Made by a program: the position numbers and the translations under genes. A stretch of 44,681 bases of DNA from Gammaproteobacteria bacterium (lineage in GTDB: Bacteria > Pseudomonadota > Gammaproteobacteria > GCA-001735895). The notes under the pieces are model-generated. The model ran no database searches, was not told the DNA's origin, and saw only the letters and a list, made by a program, of their open reading frames with translations. Of this stretch, positions 19,213 through 27,324 are shown one piece after another (within the stretch, counting starts at the first letter, position 1; each line of letters opens with the position of its first letter). Location: positions 1 through 44,681 of the forward strand of contig JAACFA010000035.1 in the NCBI GenBank assembly GCA_009937625.1. The letters run 5' to 3'.

Positions 19213-19680
19213 ATGTCCCCGATCCTGAAACGTAGTTTGATATTTATAGTCTTGATGGCGGCCGGGCTGGTGTTGTACATGTCCTGGTACAACATCAAGG
19301 CTGAACGTTTTAACGAGACTGCAATTCCCTACCTGGAACAGGCCCTGCCAAAGTTAACCAGCTGGCAATATCCAGAACTCGAGATGCTGTTGTCTCCTAC
19401 GGCAAAGACCGTATTTGCATCCGATAAAGTTCGGGCTGCTTATCAAGAGTTTAGCCAGTTAGGGCAGCTGCAATCGATGAGCCGACCCGAATTCATGGGA
19501 AATCGCTCCGAGACTTTCGAGGAGCTGGGGGATGTCGAGTTAATCGCCTACCAGGTGCAGCTGGAGTTCGAAACCGGACCGGCCGTGATAAAACTGAACC
19601 TGGCCAGCGACGGCCAGCGCTACTACATCCATCACTTCGGTATTCACTCGCATATATTCGCCGATCACGACGATTCCTAG
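19213..19680 (+). CDS. Hypothetical exported or membrane-anchored protein
   Basis: 155 aa with an N-terminal TM/signal segment; no confident family assignment. Confidence 0.6.
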   Translation: MSPILKRSLIFIVLMAAGLVLYMSWYNIKAERFNETAIPYLEQALPKLTSWQYPELEMLLSPTAKTVFASDKVRAAYQEFSQLGQLQSMSRPEFMGNRSETFEELGDVELIAYQVQLEFETGPAVIKLNLASDGQRYYIHHFGIHSHIFADHDDS

Positions 19681-19712
19681 GCTTAATTTCCGCAGCCATT
19701 GCATGGTCATAG

Positions 19713-19727
19713 GCACCAACATGGTGC
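19713..19727. promoter_or_regulatory. Candidate NtrC-type binding site upstream of amt 2
   Basis: GCACC-AACAT-GGTGC matches the GCACC-N5-GGTGC core of NtrC boxes, about 230 nt upstream of the ATG. Confidence 0.4.
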
Positions 19728-19954
19728 GAAAATTCTTTGTAAAACAAGAACATGGCTATCGTTATATAGATTGGTTATGATTGCGCGGTGCGGCCGGTGG
19801 CACTGCCGGAAGCCCGATAATAATTAAGCGCTCCAGGATCGATATGTGGCGGCCGCCGACCGGCCGGCATGGGCAAACGGACCGCAATCGCGGGAAGCAT
19901 TTGGATTACTGTTGGAGAACAGACACTATAACTTAACTAATAGGGGGAGGCGTA

Positions 19955-21259
19955 ATGACACCTGCAGAACTAGAGTCCGCGTTAACGTGGGCCAACACGA
20001 TAAACCTCGAGGTTTACTATTACTGGTGTACCGCCATCATGATCCTGATCCACGCGGGCTTCATGATGTACGAGATGGGCGCTTCGAGAGTCAAGCACAC
20101 GCTCGCCGCCGGTACCAAGAACGTCCTGGCATTTGCCTACATGATCCCGACTTTCTGGATGTTCGGATGGTGGATCTACCTGGCGATGTACCAGGGTTTC
20201 ACGCCCGACTGGGAAGCCGGCGCGGGTGGCGTACCCTGGGGCGATAGCATGGGCCCGAATCTGCAGGATAACGCTTCCGGCGTATTCTGGGGCGCGTTTA
20301 CGCTGTTTGCCTGTACCACCGCTTCGATCATGTCAGGCGCGGTTATCGAGCGCATCCGTATGACCGCCTTCATTCTCCTCGCGGTTATTCTCGGCTCGGT
20401 GGTGTGGATCCTGTCCGCGTCCTGGGGCTGGCATTACGCCGGCTGGATGGTCACCGACTGGGGTTACCACGACTTCGGCGCCTCCGGTGTGGTGCACATC
20501 ATTTCGGGTTTCTTCGCACTGGGCGTGCTGATCCATCTCGGCCCGCGTATTGGCAAGTTCAACGCCGACGGCTCGGCCAATGTGATCCGCGGCCATAGCC
20601 TGCCGATGACCATGGTTGGATTGATGCTGATCGTGACCGGCTTCTTCGGCTTCCTCGGTGGTTGCCTGTTCTACGGCGGCGGTGGCCCGACCGGTATCGG
20701 TCAGTGGACCAATATCTATGGTATGCCGACCACGCTCTCGGCTATCTGTTTCAACACCTTGATGGGTATCGCAGGTGGCATGATCGGAGCCTATACCAAG
20801 ACTCGCGATCCCTTCTGGATGATGTCGGGCGCACTTTGCGGCGTTATTTCGGTCGCAGCCGGCATGGACCTTTACTACCCGGGTCTCGCCTTCGTACTCG
20901 CCTTTGTGGGTGGCGTGATTGGACCGATGGCGGCGCAATTCGTCGAAAAGATGGGTATCGACGACGCGGTTGGCGCGGTCTCGGTGCATGGCGTCTGCGG
21001 CATCCTCGGGCTGGTGTTTGCCGGTATTTTCCTCGGCGGCTATCCCCAGTTTGCGGATAATATTCCGTCGATCACCTTCGGCGGCCAGTTCAAGGGCATG
21101 ATCGTTATGGTCCTGCTCGGTTTTATACCGGGATTCGTGTTCGCCTGGATCTTCAAGGCACTGGGTATTCTGCGCGCCAGCGACGGCGTCCAGGAAGTCG
21201 GTATGGATGTCGAAATCGAAGCCATGGCCTACCCTGAAGACATCAAGACAATCAACTAG
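19955..21259 (+). CDS. amt: Amt/Mep/Rh-family transporter 2 (divergent; probable methylamine-type substrate)
   Basis: HAGFMMYEMG, SGAVIERIR, HDFGASGVVH, LGPRIGKF and GIDDAVGAVSVHG; GGGAGG RBS. Confidence 0.88.
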   Translation: MTPAELESALTWANTINLEVYYYWCTAIMILIHAGFMMYEMGASRVKHTLAAGTKNVLAFAYMIPTFWMFGWWIYLAMYQGFTPDWEAGAGGVPWGDSMGPNLQDNASGVFWGAFTLFACTTASIMSGAVIERIRMTAFILLAVILGSVVWILSASWGWHYAGWMVTDWGYHDFGASGVVHIISGFFALGVLIHLGPRIGKFNADGSANVIRGHSLPMTMVGLMLIVTGFFGFLGGCLFYGGGGPTGIGQWTNIYGMPTTLSAICFNTLMGIAGGMIGAYTKTRDPFWMMSGALCGVISVAAGMDLYYPGLAFVLAFVGGVIGPMAAQFVEKMGIDDAVGAVSVHGVCGILGLVFAGIFLGGYPQFADNIPSITFGGQFKGMIVMVLLGFIPGFVFAWIFKALGILRASDGVQEVGMDVEIEAMAYPEDIKTIN

Positions 21260-21269
21260 GAGAATAAAT

Positions 21270-21479
21270 ATGTTTAACTCAAGTCCAATCGAAACCTGGG
21301 ACGGCGCGGCAGCTTTCTTCTCCTTCGCCGGATCCGCCGGTATCTGGTTCTGGATTGCCGTAATCCTGTGTATCGTTCCGCTGTTCGTGACGCTGAAGAC
21401 CGAGAATCATCATGAAACTCAGCACAAGTTCAGAAGCGACGATAGCGACAGTACGCACGGTGTTGAAAAAGGCAGTTAG
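21270..21479 (+). CDS. Small single-TM protein downstream of Amt 2 (69 aa)
   Basis: AGGAG RBS overlapping the amt stop and ATG at 21270; MFNSSPIETWDGAAAFFSFAGSAGIWFWIAVILCIVPLFVTLKTENHHE...; followed by a terminator. Confidence 0.75.
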   Translation: MFNSSPIETWDGAAAFFSFAGSAGIWFWIAVILCIVPLFVTLKTENHHETQHKFRSDDSDSTHGVEKGS

Positions 21480-21497
21480 ATCCACCGCTTGAAAATG

Positions 21498-21531
21498 AAG
21501 CCTCGCCTGGAAACAGGTGGGGCTTTTTTTT
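21498..21531 (+). terminator. Rho-independent terminator
   Basis: AAGCCTCGCCTG-GAAA-CAGGTGGGGC followed by a run of 8 T. Confidence 0.85.
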
Positions 21532-21578
21532 GTGCTGGCGGAAATTTTCTCGAACTCAGAATCGCCGCTCCAGCTGAC

Positions 21579-21959
21579 TTACAACTGCTTGAGCTCTTCC
21601 TCGTCGAGCGCCCGATTACTGCCGCGCAGCATCACCAGCAGGGTGCACCCCTGAGGCGCATGCGAGCTGTGTTTCGAGCCCGGGCCGAAACGCACGAAGT
21701 CGCCGGCGCGGTAGCTGCTGCCGTCGCAGTCGACGAGTTCTCCGTCCATCACCAGGAATTCCTCGAACCCGGTGTGTTCATGAGGCTTCGATCGGGCGCC
21801 GGCGTCCATGCGCAGCAGAAAGCACTCGAAGTCATCGTTCAAGCGCTCGCCGCTAAGCGGCAGCCAGGACATACCCGGCACCGGGGTGCCGTAACGATCG
21901 TAGGGGATAAAGTTTCCATCCCCGGTGTTGATGATTTGCCGCAAACTGGTGTCGAGCAT
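21579..21959 (-). CDS. ChrR-like cupin domain protein
   Basis: LLRMDAGARSKPHEHTGFEEFLVMDGEL and YRAGDFVRFGPGSKHSSHAPQGC, the two cupin metal-binding motifs. Confidence 0.82.
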   Translation of the reverse strand: MLDTSLRQIINTGDGNFIPYDRYGTPVPGMSWLPLSGERLNDDFECFLLRMDAGARSKPHEHTGFEEFLVMDGELVDCDGSSYRAGDFVRFGPGSKHSSHAPQGCTLLVMLRGSNRALDEEELKQL

Positions 21960-22150
21960 GATCTCTGGATTCTCCGCCTGATACGCCTTTGTAAACAGGC
22001 GCAGTTTCTGTCGATTGCGCAGGGATTACAAGCCCCCGCGAGCGCCGATTCTGCGCGCCCGTATCAATTTTACGGGTGAGCTGGCGCCCTATTTATAACC
22101 CGGGGCGAGTGTCGATTGATTCAAGTGGTTTTCGACCGCTGCCGAAGGCC

Positions 22151-22182
22151 AAAGAAAGGGCGCGCCGCCCGGCACGCCCCTT
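22151..22182 (-). terminator. Rho-independent terminator of tmm
   Basis: The minus strand reads AAGGGGCGTGCC-GGGC-GGCGCGCCCTTTCTTT, just downstream of the tmm stop. Confidence 0.65.
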
Positions 22183-22206
22183 GAGAGACTACATTGAGAG
22201 AGGTAG

Positions 22207-23550
22207 TCAGGATTCCGCCAGGTAACTCTCCAGTGAATCATCGAGTGCGTCTTTCCACGGTGTGTGGTGCGCCGGCGCCATGGTACCGGTCAGCGCCGAC
22301 TTGTAGCCATGATCGCGGAAAGTCATGATGTTTTCCTTTTTGTGCTTCTTCCACTGGAAGAAAGCCTCGTTCGAACCGGCACAGTCGAACTCGGGATAAT
22401 CGGTCAAGGCCATGAGGTCCATCGTGTACTTGCCCTGGAATTCGATCGCGCCGTAATCGTCCGGAATGTTGTCCTCGGCCTCGCGCCATTTTTCGATGTC
22501 GGCGTTCATTTCGGCTTCCGACGGCAGGTCGAGCCGACCCATGATGACGTCACGCGCGTACCATGCCTGCGCATCGAACATGTTGAAGGTATACCACTGA
22601 TCCTGCATGCCGAGATACATCAGCTTGGGATTCGGCGTCCACACCACGCCGTTGTAGAGGTTGACCGGGTACAGGCGGTTATTGGTCTTCAGCTTCAGGT
22701 TCTCGGCCATGAACGGGAAGTGGTGCAGGTAGCCGGTGCAGAGAATAATGGCGTCGACTTCAGCGGTAGTGCCATCCTTGAAAGTCGCGGTGTTCCTGTC
22801 GACCTTCTCCAGCAGCGGCACCTCTTTCCAGTTGTCGGGCCACTTGTAGCCCATCGGTGCGGTGCGGTGCGAGACCGTGACCGATTTGCAGCCGTATTTC
22901 CAGCATTGCGAACCGATATCCTCGGCCGAGTAGGAAGTGCCGATGATCAGGATATCCTTGTCCTTGAATTCCATCGCGTCACGAAAATCGTGCGCATGCA
23001 GCACGCGCCCGTTGAATGTATCGAAGCCCGGGAACTCGGGTACGTTCGGGGTCGAGAAGTGGCCGGTAGCGACGATAACGTGATCGAATTCCTCGGTGTA
23101 CTCGACGTCTTTCTCGTGATCCTGCACGGTGACGTGAAACATGCCTTCGTGCTCGTCGTAGTGCACGTGACGCACCGGCGAATTGAAACGAATCCAGTCA
23201 CGTACGCCGGCTTTCCTGACGCGGCCCTCGATATAGTCGAACAGTACGGCGCGTGGCGGGTAAGACGCGATCGGCCGTCCAAAATGTTCCTCGAAGGAAT
23301 AATCCGCGAATTCGAGTCCTTCCTTCGGGCCGTTGGACCAGAGATAGCGGTACATGCTGCCGTGCACCGGTTCGCCGTGCTCGTCGAGGCCGGTTCTCCA
23401 GGTGTAATTCCAGAGGCCACCCCAGTCGGACTGCTTCTCGAAACAGACGATATCCGGGATGTCGGCGCCTTTTTCCTTCGCCGACTGAAATGCCCTGAGT
23501 TGCGCCAGGCCGCTCGGGCCGGCACCAATGACTGCAACACGCTTGCTCAT
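22207..23550 (-). CDS. tmm: Trimethylamine monooxygenase (bacterial flavin-containing monooxygenase)
   Basis: [49 protein letters not shown] fingerprint [12 protein letters not shown], and [17 protein letters not shown]; GGAGG RBS. Confidence 0.95.
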   Translation of the reverse strand: MSKRVAVIGAGPSGLAQLRAFQSAKEKGADIPDIVCFEKQSDWGGLWNYTWRTGLDEHGEPVHGSMYRYLWSNGPKEGLEFADYSFEEHFGRPIASYPPRAVLFDYIEGRVRKAGVRDWIRFNSPVRHVHYDEHEGMFHVTVQDHEKDVEYTEEFDHVIVATGHFSTPNVPEFPGFDTFNGRVLHAHDFRDAMEFKDKDILIIGTSYSAEDIGSQCWKYGCKSVTVSHRTAPMGYKWPDNWKEVPLLEKVDRNTATFKDGTTAEVDAIILCTGYLHHFPFMAENLKLKTNNRLYPVNLYNGVVWTPNPKLMYLGMQDQWYTFNMFDAQAWYARDVIMGRLDLPSEAEMNADIEKWREAEDNIPDDYGAIEFQGKYTMDLMALTDYPEFDCAGSNEAFFQWKKHKKENIMTFRDHGYKSALTGTMAPAHHTPWKDALDDSLESYLAES

Positions 23551-23759
23551 CTAGTCCTCCAATTACCTGATTCTGGATAAATTCCCTATGTGCACAGGGC
23601 TTTAATTATGAGCCGCCAAGATTAGGCAATAACGCCACGATGGTCAACTAAATGGCCTGAATTCGGGCGGGGTTCCCGGCTGCCGGCTTTAACCTCGATT
23701 TGCAATCGCAGGTTCGGTGCGGTTTGATACGTATCCCACTGTAGACGGTACAAAAATCG

Positions 23760-24392
23760 ATGTCCGATCACGACAAGCAACAGGCCAGGGACGATACGAT
23801 ACAGCAACACAGTGTCGAGGCACTTGAGATTGCGATTGGCAAGCAGGTGCGCGCGTCGCGCAAGCGCCTCAACCTGACAGTTGCCGCGCTCGCCAAGCAG
23901 GCGCAGCTCTCGACCGGCATGCTGTCCAAGATCGAAAACGGCCAAACCTCACCCTCGCTGGCGACGCTGACCTCGCTCGCCAACGCGCTGCAGGTGCCGG
24001 TGACCTCCTTTTTTCGGGGCTATGAAGAACAGCGCGATGTCACCTATATCAAGGCGGGGGAGGGACTGCCGATCGAGCGGCGCGGCTCTGGCGCCGGGCA
24101 CCAGTACCAGCTGCTCGGGCACACCATCGGCAAGCCCTACAATATCGAACCCTACCTGATTACCATCGACGACCAGTCCGAAGTGTTTCCTGTGTTTCAA
24201 CACGCCGGCACCGAGCTGATTTACATGCTCGAGGGCCGGGTTATCTACCGCCACGCCAATAAAACCTACACGCTGGAGGCGGGTGACACGCTATTTTTCG
24301 ATGCCGAGGCCTCGCACGGCCCGGATGAGATACAAAAACTGCCCTGTCGTTACCTGTCGATCATCGTTTCGGAGTCGTCTGCTGCTCAGTAA
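23760..24392 (+). CDS. XRE-family HTH plus cupin transcriptional regulator
   Basis: IGKQVRASRKRLNLTVAALAKQAQLSTGMLSKIENGQTSPSL; C-terminal cupin FQHAGTELIYMLEG...LEAGDTLFFDAEASHGP. Confidence 0.92.
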   Translation: MSDHDKQQARDDTIQQHSVEALEIAIGKQVRASRKRLNLTVAALAKQAQLSTGMLSKIENGQTSPSLATLTSLANALQVPVTSFFRGYEEQRDVTYIKAGEGLPIERRGSGAGHQYQLLGHTIGKPYNIEPYLITIDDQSEVFPVFQHAGTELIYMLEGRVIYRHANKTYTLEAGDTLFFDAEASHGPDEIQKLPCRYLSIIVSESSAAQ

Positions 24393-24453
24393 GTTTCCTG
24401 TAAGGAAACAAAATTTCATTTCAGTTGACCTTTGGCGTCGGCTTGAGTAATCT
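24393..24453 (+). promoter_or_regulatory. Palindromic operator plus sigma70-type promoter of cassette 2
   Basis: Perfect palindrome GTTTCCT-GTA-AGGAAAC (24393-24409); TTGACC (24425-24430), 17-nt spacer, TAATCT (24448-24453). Confidence 0.6.
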
Positions 24454-24489
24454 CAGGCGGTTAAATTTTCTCTCGCGGGAGTAACCGAC

Positions 24490-25364
24490 ATGTGCGGAAT
24501 AGCAGGTGTTTTATACAAGCAGGCGGGCAACCACGAAATCGGCAAAACGCTGATCGAAATGCTCGATGGCTGCCAGCATCGCGGACCGGACAGCACCGGC
24601 TTCGCGCTGTATGGCGAGGATAAGGATTTGCTGCAGCTGCGATTTATCGTGCCGACCGATGCCGGTGCTTGCCAGGACGCGATCGACGGTATCGCGACGC
24701 TGCTCGAGCGCCACGGAGCGACTATCGAATCCGAGCTGTCGGTGGGTTGCTCCTACCAGATCTCGGTCAATTTCGAAGGTGACCTGCTGGCTTTCACCAA
24801 GGACATCGAGGAACACGCCAAACTGGTCTCGGTCGGGCACGCGCTCGATATCATCAAGGACGACGGCACCGCGCACGAACTCGACGAGCTTTATCACGTC
24901 GGCGAGGTCAGGGGTACCCACGGTATCGGGCACGTGCGGCGCACCCGTTCTGGGCCACCGGCTTCGAAGACATAGCGATCGTGCACAACGGGCAGATCAC
25001 CAATTACTGGAAAATGCGCCGCCGGCTGGAACGCCGCGGTTTCACCTTCCATACCGATAACGACAGCGAACTGGTCGCGGTGTATCTCGCCGACAAACTG
25101 GAACAGGGCGAGACGCTCGACAGCGTGCTGGAAACAGCGATCGCGGACCTGGACGGCACGTTTTCGTTCCTGGTGTCGACGCCAAACGAAATCGGCTACG
25201 CCAAGGACAACCTGGCGGCCAAGCCGATGGTGCTCTACGAAACCGACGACATGATTGCCATCGCCTCCGAGGAGGTCAGCCTGAATCGACTGTTTCCAGG
25301 GCAATCCATCAATTCAACCGAACCGGCCCCGGGGACCTTTCAGACATGGTCACGATCGATTTAA
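24490..25364 (+). pseudogene. mgsA: MgsA-like class II amidotransferase (cassette 2), broken by a frameshifting deletion at about 24939 (real or artefact)
   Basis: The first frame reads MCGIAG...HGIGHVR; the second resumes AAHPFWATGFEDIAIVHNGQITNYW. The xATESDV segment present in the paralog at 12003 is absent. Confidence 0.8.
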
Positions 25365-27322
25365 GTCATACCAGCATCACCGATGCAAACCAGCAGATTC
25401 GCGACTGGGCGCGTGACGGCCAGGACGTGGAAATTATCAATCCCGACGCCCGTCACAACATCGGTGTCGGCCTGGTCGATCCTATTACCGTGCGGATCAA
25501 GGGTTCCGCGGGTTACTTTTGCGGCGGTCTGTCCGACAGCGCGCACTACGAGATCGAGCACAACGCCGGTTGGGCGGTAGGGGACAACATCTATAAAGGC
25601 TCTGTCGTCGTCGGCGGCAATGCCGGCGCCATCGCCGGGGTTGCGATTCGCGGCGCTGAAATCGTCGTGCGCGGCAACATGGGCAGCCGCGCCGGCCAGG
25701 TGATGAAGGCCGGCACGCTGTGCTGCGGCGGTAACGCGGCTTTCATGGCCGGCTACATGATGTACGGCGGGCGCATTATCATTCTCGGCGACGCCGCGGA
25801 AAAAGTAGGACAGGACATGAGCGCCGGGGAAATCTTTGTCGGCGGCAACATCAAGAGCCTCGGCAACGACACCATGATCGTCGATATGGAAGCCCACGAG
25901 CGCGATGAAATCATGGCGTTCCTCGAGCGCTATAAATTGAACTACCGGGGCGATTTCACCAAGGTCGTCAACGCCGGCAAGAAACTGCGCTACGCCAACG
26001 CCGAGCCGCGCTCGCGCCCGCAGCCTTTCTTCGTGTCGTCGAAGTCCAGCAATTACTGGAATCCGAAAGTGCAGGAAGATATCTGGATCAAGGGCGAGGT
26101 CGGTCGCTACCGCATCCGCGGCTACGGCGCCTCCAAACCGGTGCCGCATCTGAATGACATCGCGTTCGCCAAAGACGTTTCGGGCGTTGCCGCGAGGCCC
26201 GAAGAGCTCAAGGATATCAATCTCAAGACCACCGTCGGCGGGCGCTTCGGCGCCAAACCGCTGAGCTTATCGATGCCCGTTATGATTGCGCCGATGAGTT
26301 TCGGTGCACTCAGCCGCTCGGTCAAGATCGCGCTGGCGCGCGCCTCGCGCCTGTCGGGCATTTCCGAAAATACCGGCGAGGGCGGCATGCTCGACGAGCA
26401 GCGCGCCGAGGCCGATCAGCTCATCTTCCAGTGCCTGTCGGGCCGGCTCGGCTGGAACGTCAAGGACATGCAACGTGCCGACGCGATCGAAATATATATC
26501 TCGCAGGGCGCCAAGCCCGGCCTCGGCGGTCAGCTGATGGCGAAGAAGGTGACCCCGGAACTGGCCGCGATACGCGGAATCCCGGTGGGTATCGATTTAC
26601 GCTCGCCGTCGCGTCACCCGGACGTGCTCGGCGCCGACGACCTCGTCATCAAGCTGCAGGAATTCCGCGAAGCGACCTTCCACAAGGTGCCGATCGGCAT
26701 CAAGATGGGGGCCGGCCGCGTCAACGACGATATCAAGATCGCCTACAAGGACGGTTTCGACTTTGTCGAACTCGACGGCCTGCAGGGCTCGACCGGCGCC
26801 GCCAGCACCGAGGTGCTGGAGAATGTCGGCATTCCGACCCTGTCCGGGGTGCAGGAAGCGATCGACGGCCTGGCCGAAATCGATGCCGGCGACGATATGG
26901 ACCTGGTGATGATGGGCGGCATCAAGGATGGTGTCGATGTCGTCAAGATGCTGGCGCTGGGCGCCGACTGTACCTCGGTCGGCACTTCGGCGATCATCGC
27001 CGGCGGCTGCATCGCCTGCATGCAGTGCCACGTCGGCACCTGCCCGGTGGGTATCGCCACCCAGGACCCGGAGCACGAGGCACGTTACGACATCGACCGC
27101 CAGTCGATGAACATGCACCGTTACTTCGAGTCGCTGCGCTGGCAGATCGCCGCGATCACCAAAGCGTTGGGCTATGACGACGTGCACAAGGTCAATCGCG
27201 GCGACCTGGTGGCGTTGACGCCGGAGGCGGCCGATATCACCGGCTTGCCGTTCAGGCCCGAGCATCGTGAAACCCGGCGCCCGCTGACCGGGCTCGAACT
27301 CCTCGACCGGCAGGCGGGCTGA
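25346..27322 (+). CDS. Fused GXGXG plus FMN-binding glutamate synthase protein (MgsB-MgsC fusion)
   Basis: GXGXG repeats in the first about 215 aa, then GRYRIRG, APMSFGALS, NTGEGGM, SQGAKPGLGG, SPSRHPD and GCIACMQCHVGTCPVG. Confidence 0.87.
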   Translation: MVTIDLSHTSITDANQQIRDWARDGQDVEIINPDARHNIGVGLVDPITVRIKGSAGYFCGGLSDSAHYEIEHNAGWAVGDNIYKGSVVVGGNAGAIAGVAIRGAEIVVRGNMGSRAGQVMKAGTLCCGGNAAFMAGYMMYGGRIIILGDAAEKVGQDMSAGEIFVGGNIKSLGNDTMIVDMEAHERDEIMAFLERYKLNYRGDFTKVVNAGKKLRYANAEPRSRPQPFFVSSKSSNYWNPKVQEDIWIKGEVGRYRIRGYGASKPVPHLNDIAFAKDVSGVAARPEELKDINLKTTVGGRFGAKPLSLSMPVMIAPMSFGALSRSVKIALARASRLSGISENTGEGGMLDEQRAEADQLIFQCLSGRLGWNVKDMQRADAIEIYISQGAKPGLGGQLMAKKVTPELAAIRGIPVGIDLRSPSRHPDVLGADDLVIKLQEFREATFHKVPIGIKMGAGRVNDDIKIAYKDGFDFVELDGLQGSTGAASTEVLENVGIPTLSGVQEAIDGLAEIDAGDDMDLVMMGGIKDGVDVVKMLALGADCTSVGTSAIIAGGCIACMQCHVGTCPVGIATQDPEHEARYDIDRQSMNMHRYFESLRWQIAAITKALGYDDVHKVNRGDLVALTPEAADITGLPFRPEHRETRRPLTGLELLDRQAG

Positions 27323-27324
27323 GC

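Noticed and set aside
19798-19813. Sigma54 promoter TGGCAC upstream of amt 2 (also TGGCAC at about 10016)
   Set aside because: The GG-to-GC spacing is 11 rather than 10 at the first site, and there is no -12 GC at the second.
21579-21959. Cupin DMSP lyase (DddW/K/Q-like)
   Set aside because: The motif pattern fits the ChrR-like cupin family better, and nothing in the sequence supports lyase activity.
24930-24980. Programmed ribosomal frameshift in mgsA2
   Set aside because: There is no slippery sequence, and frameshifting would not restore the physically missing ATES motif.
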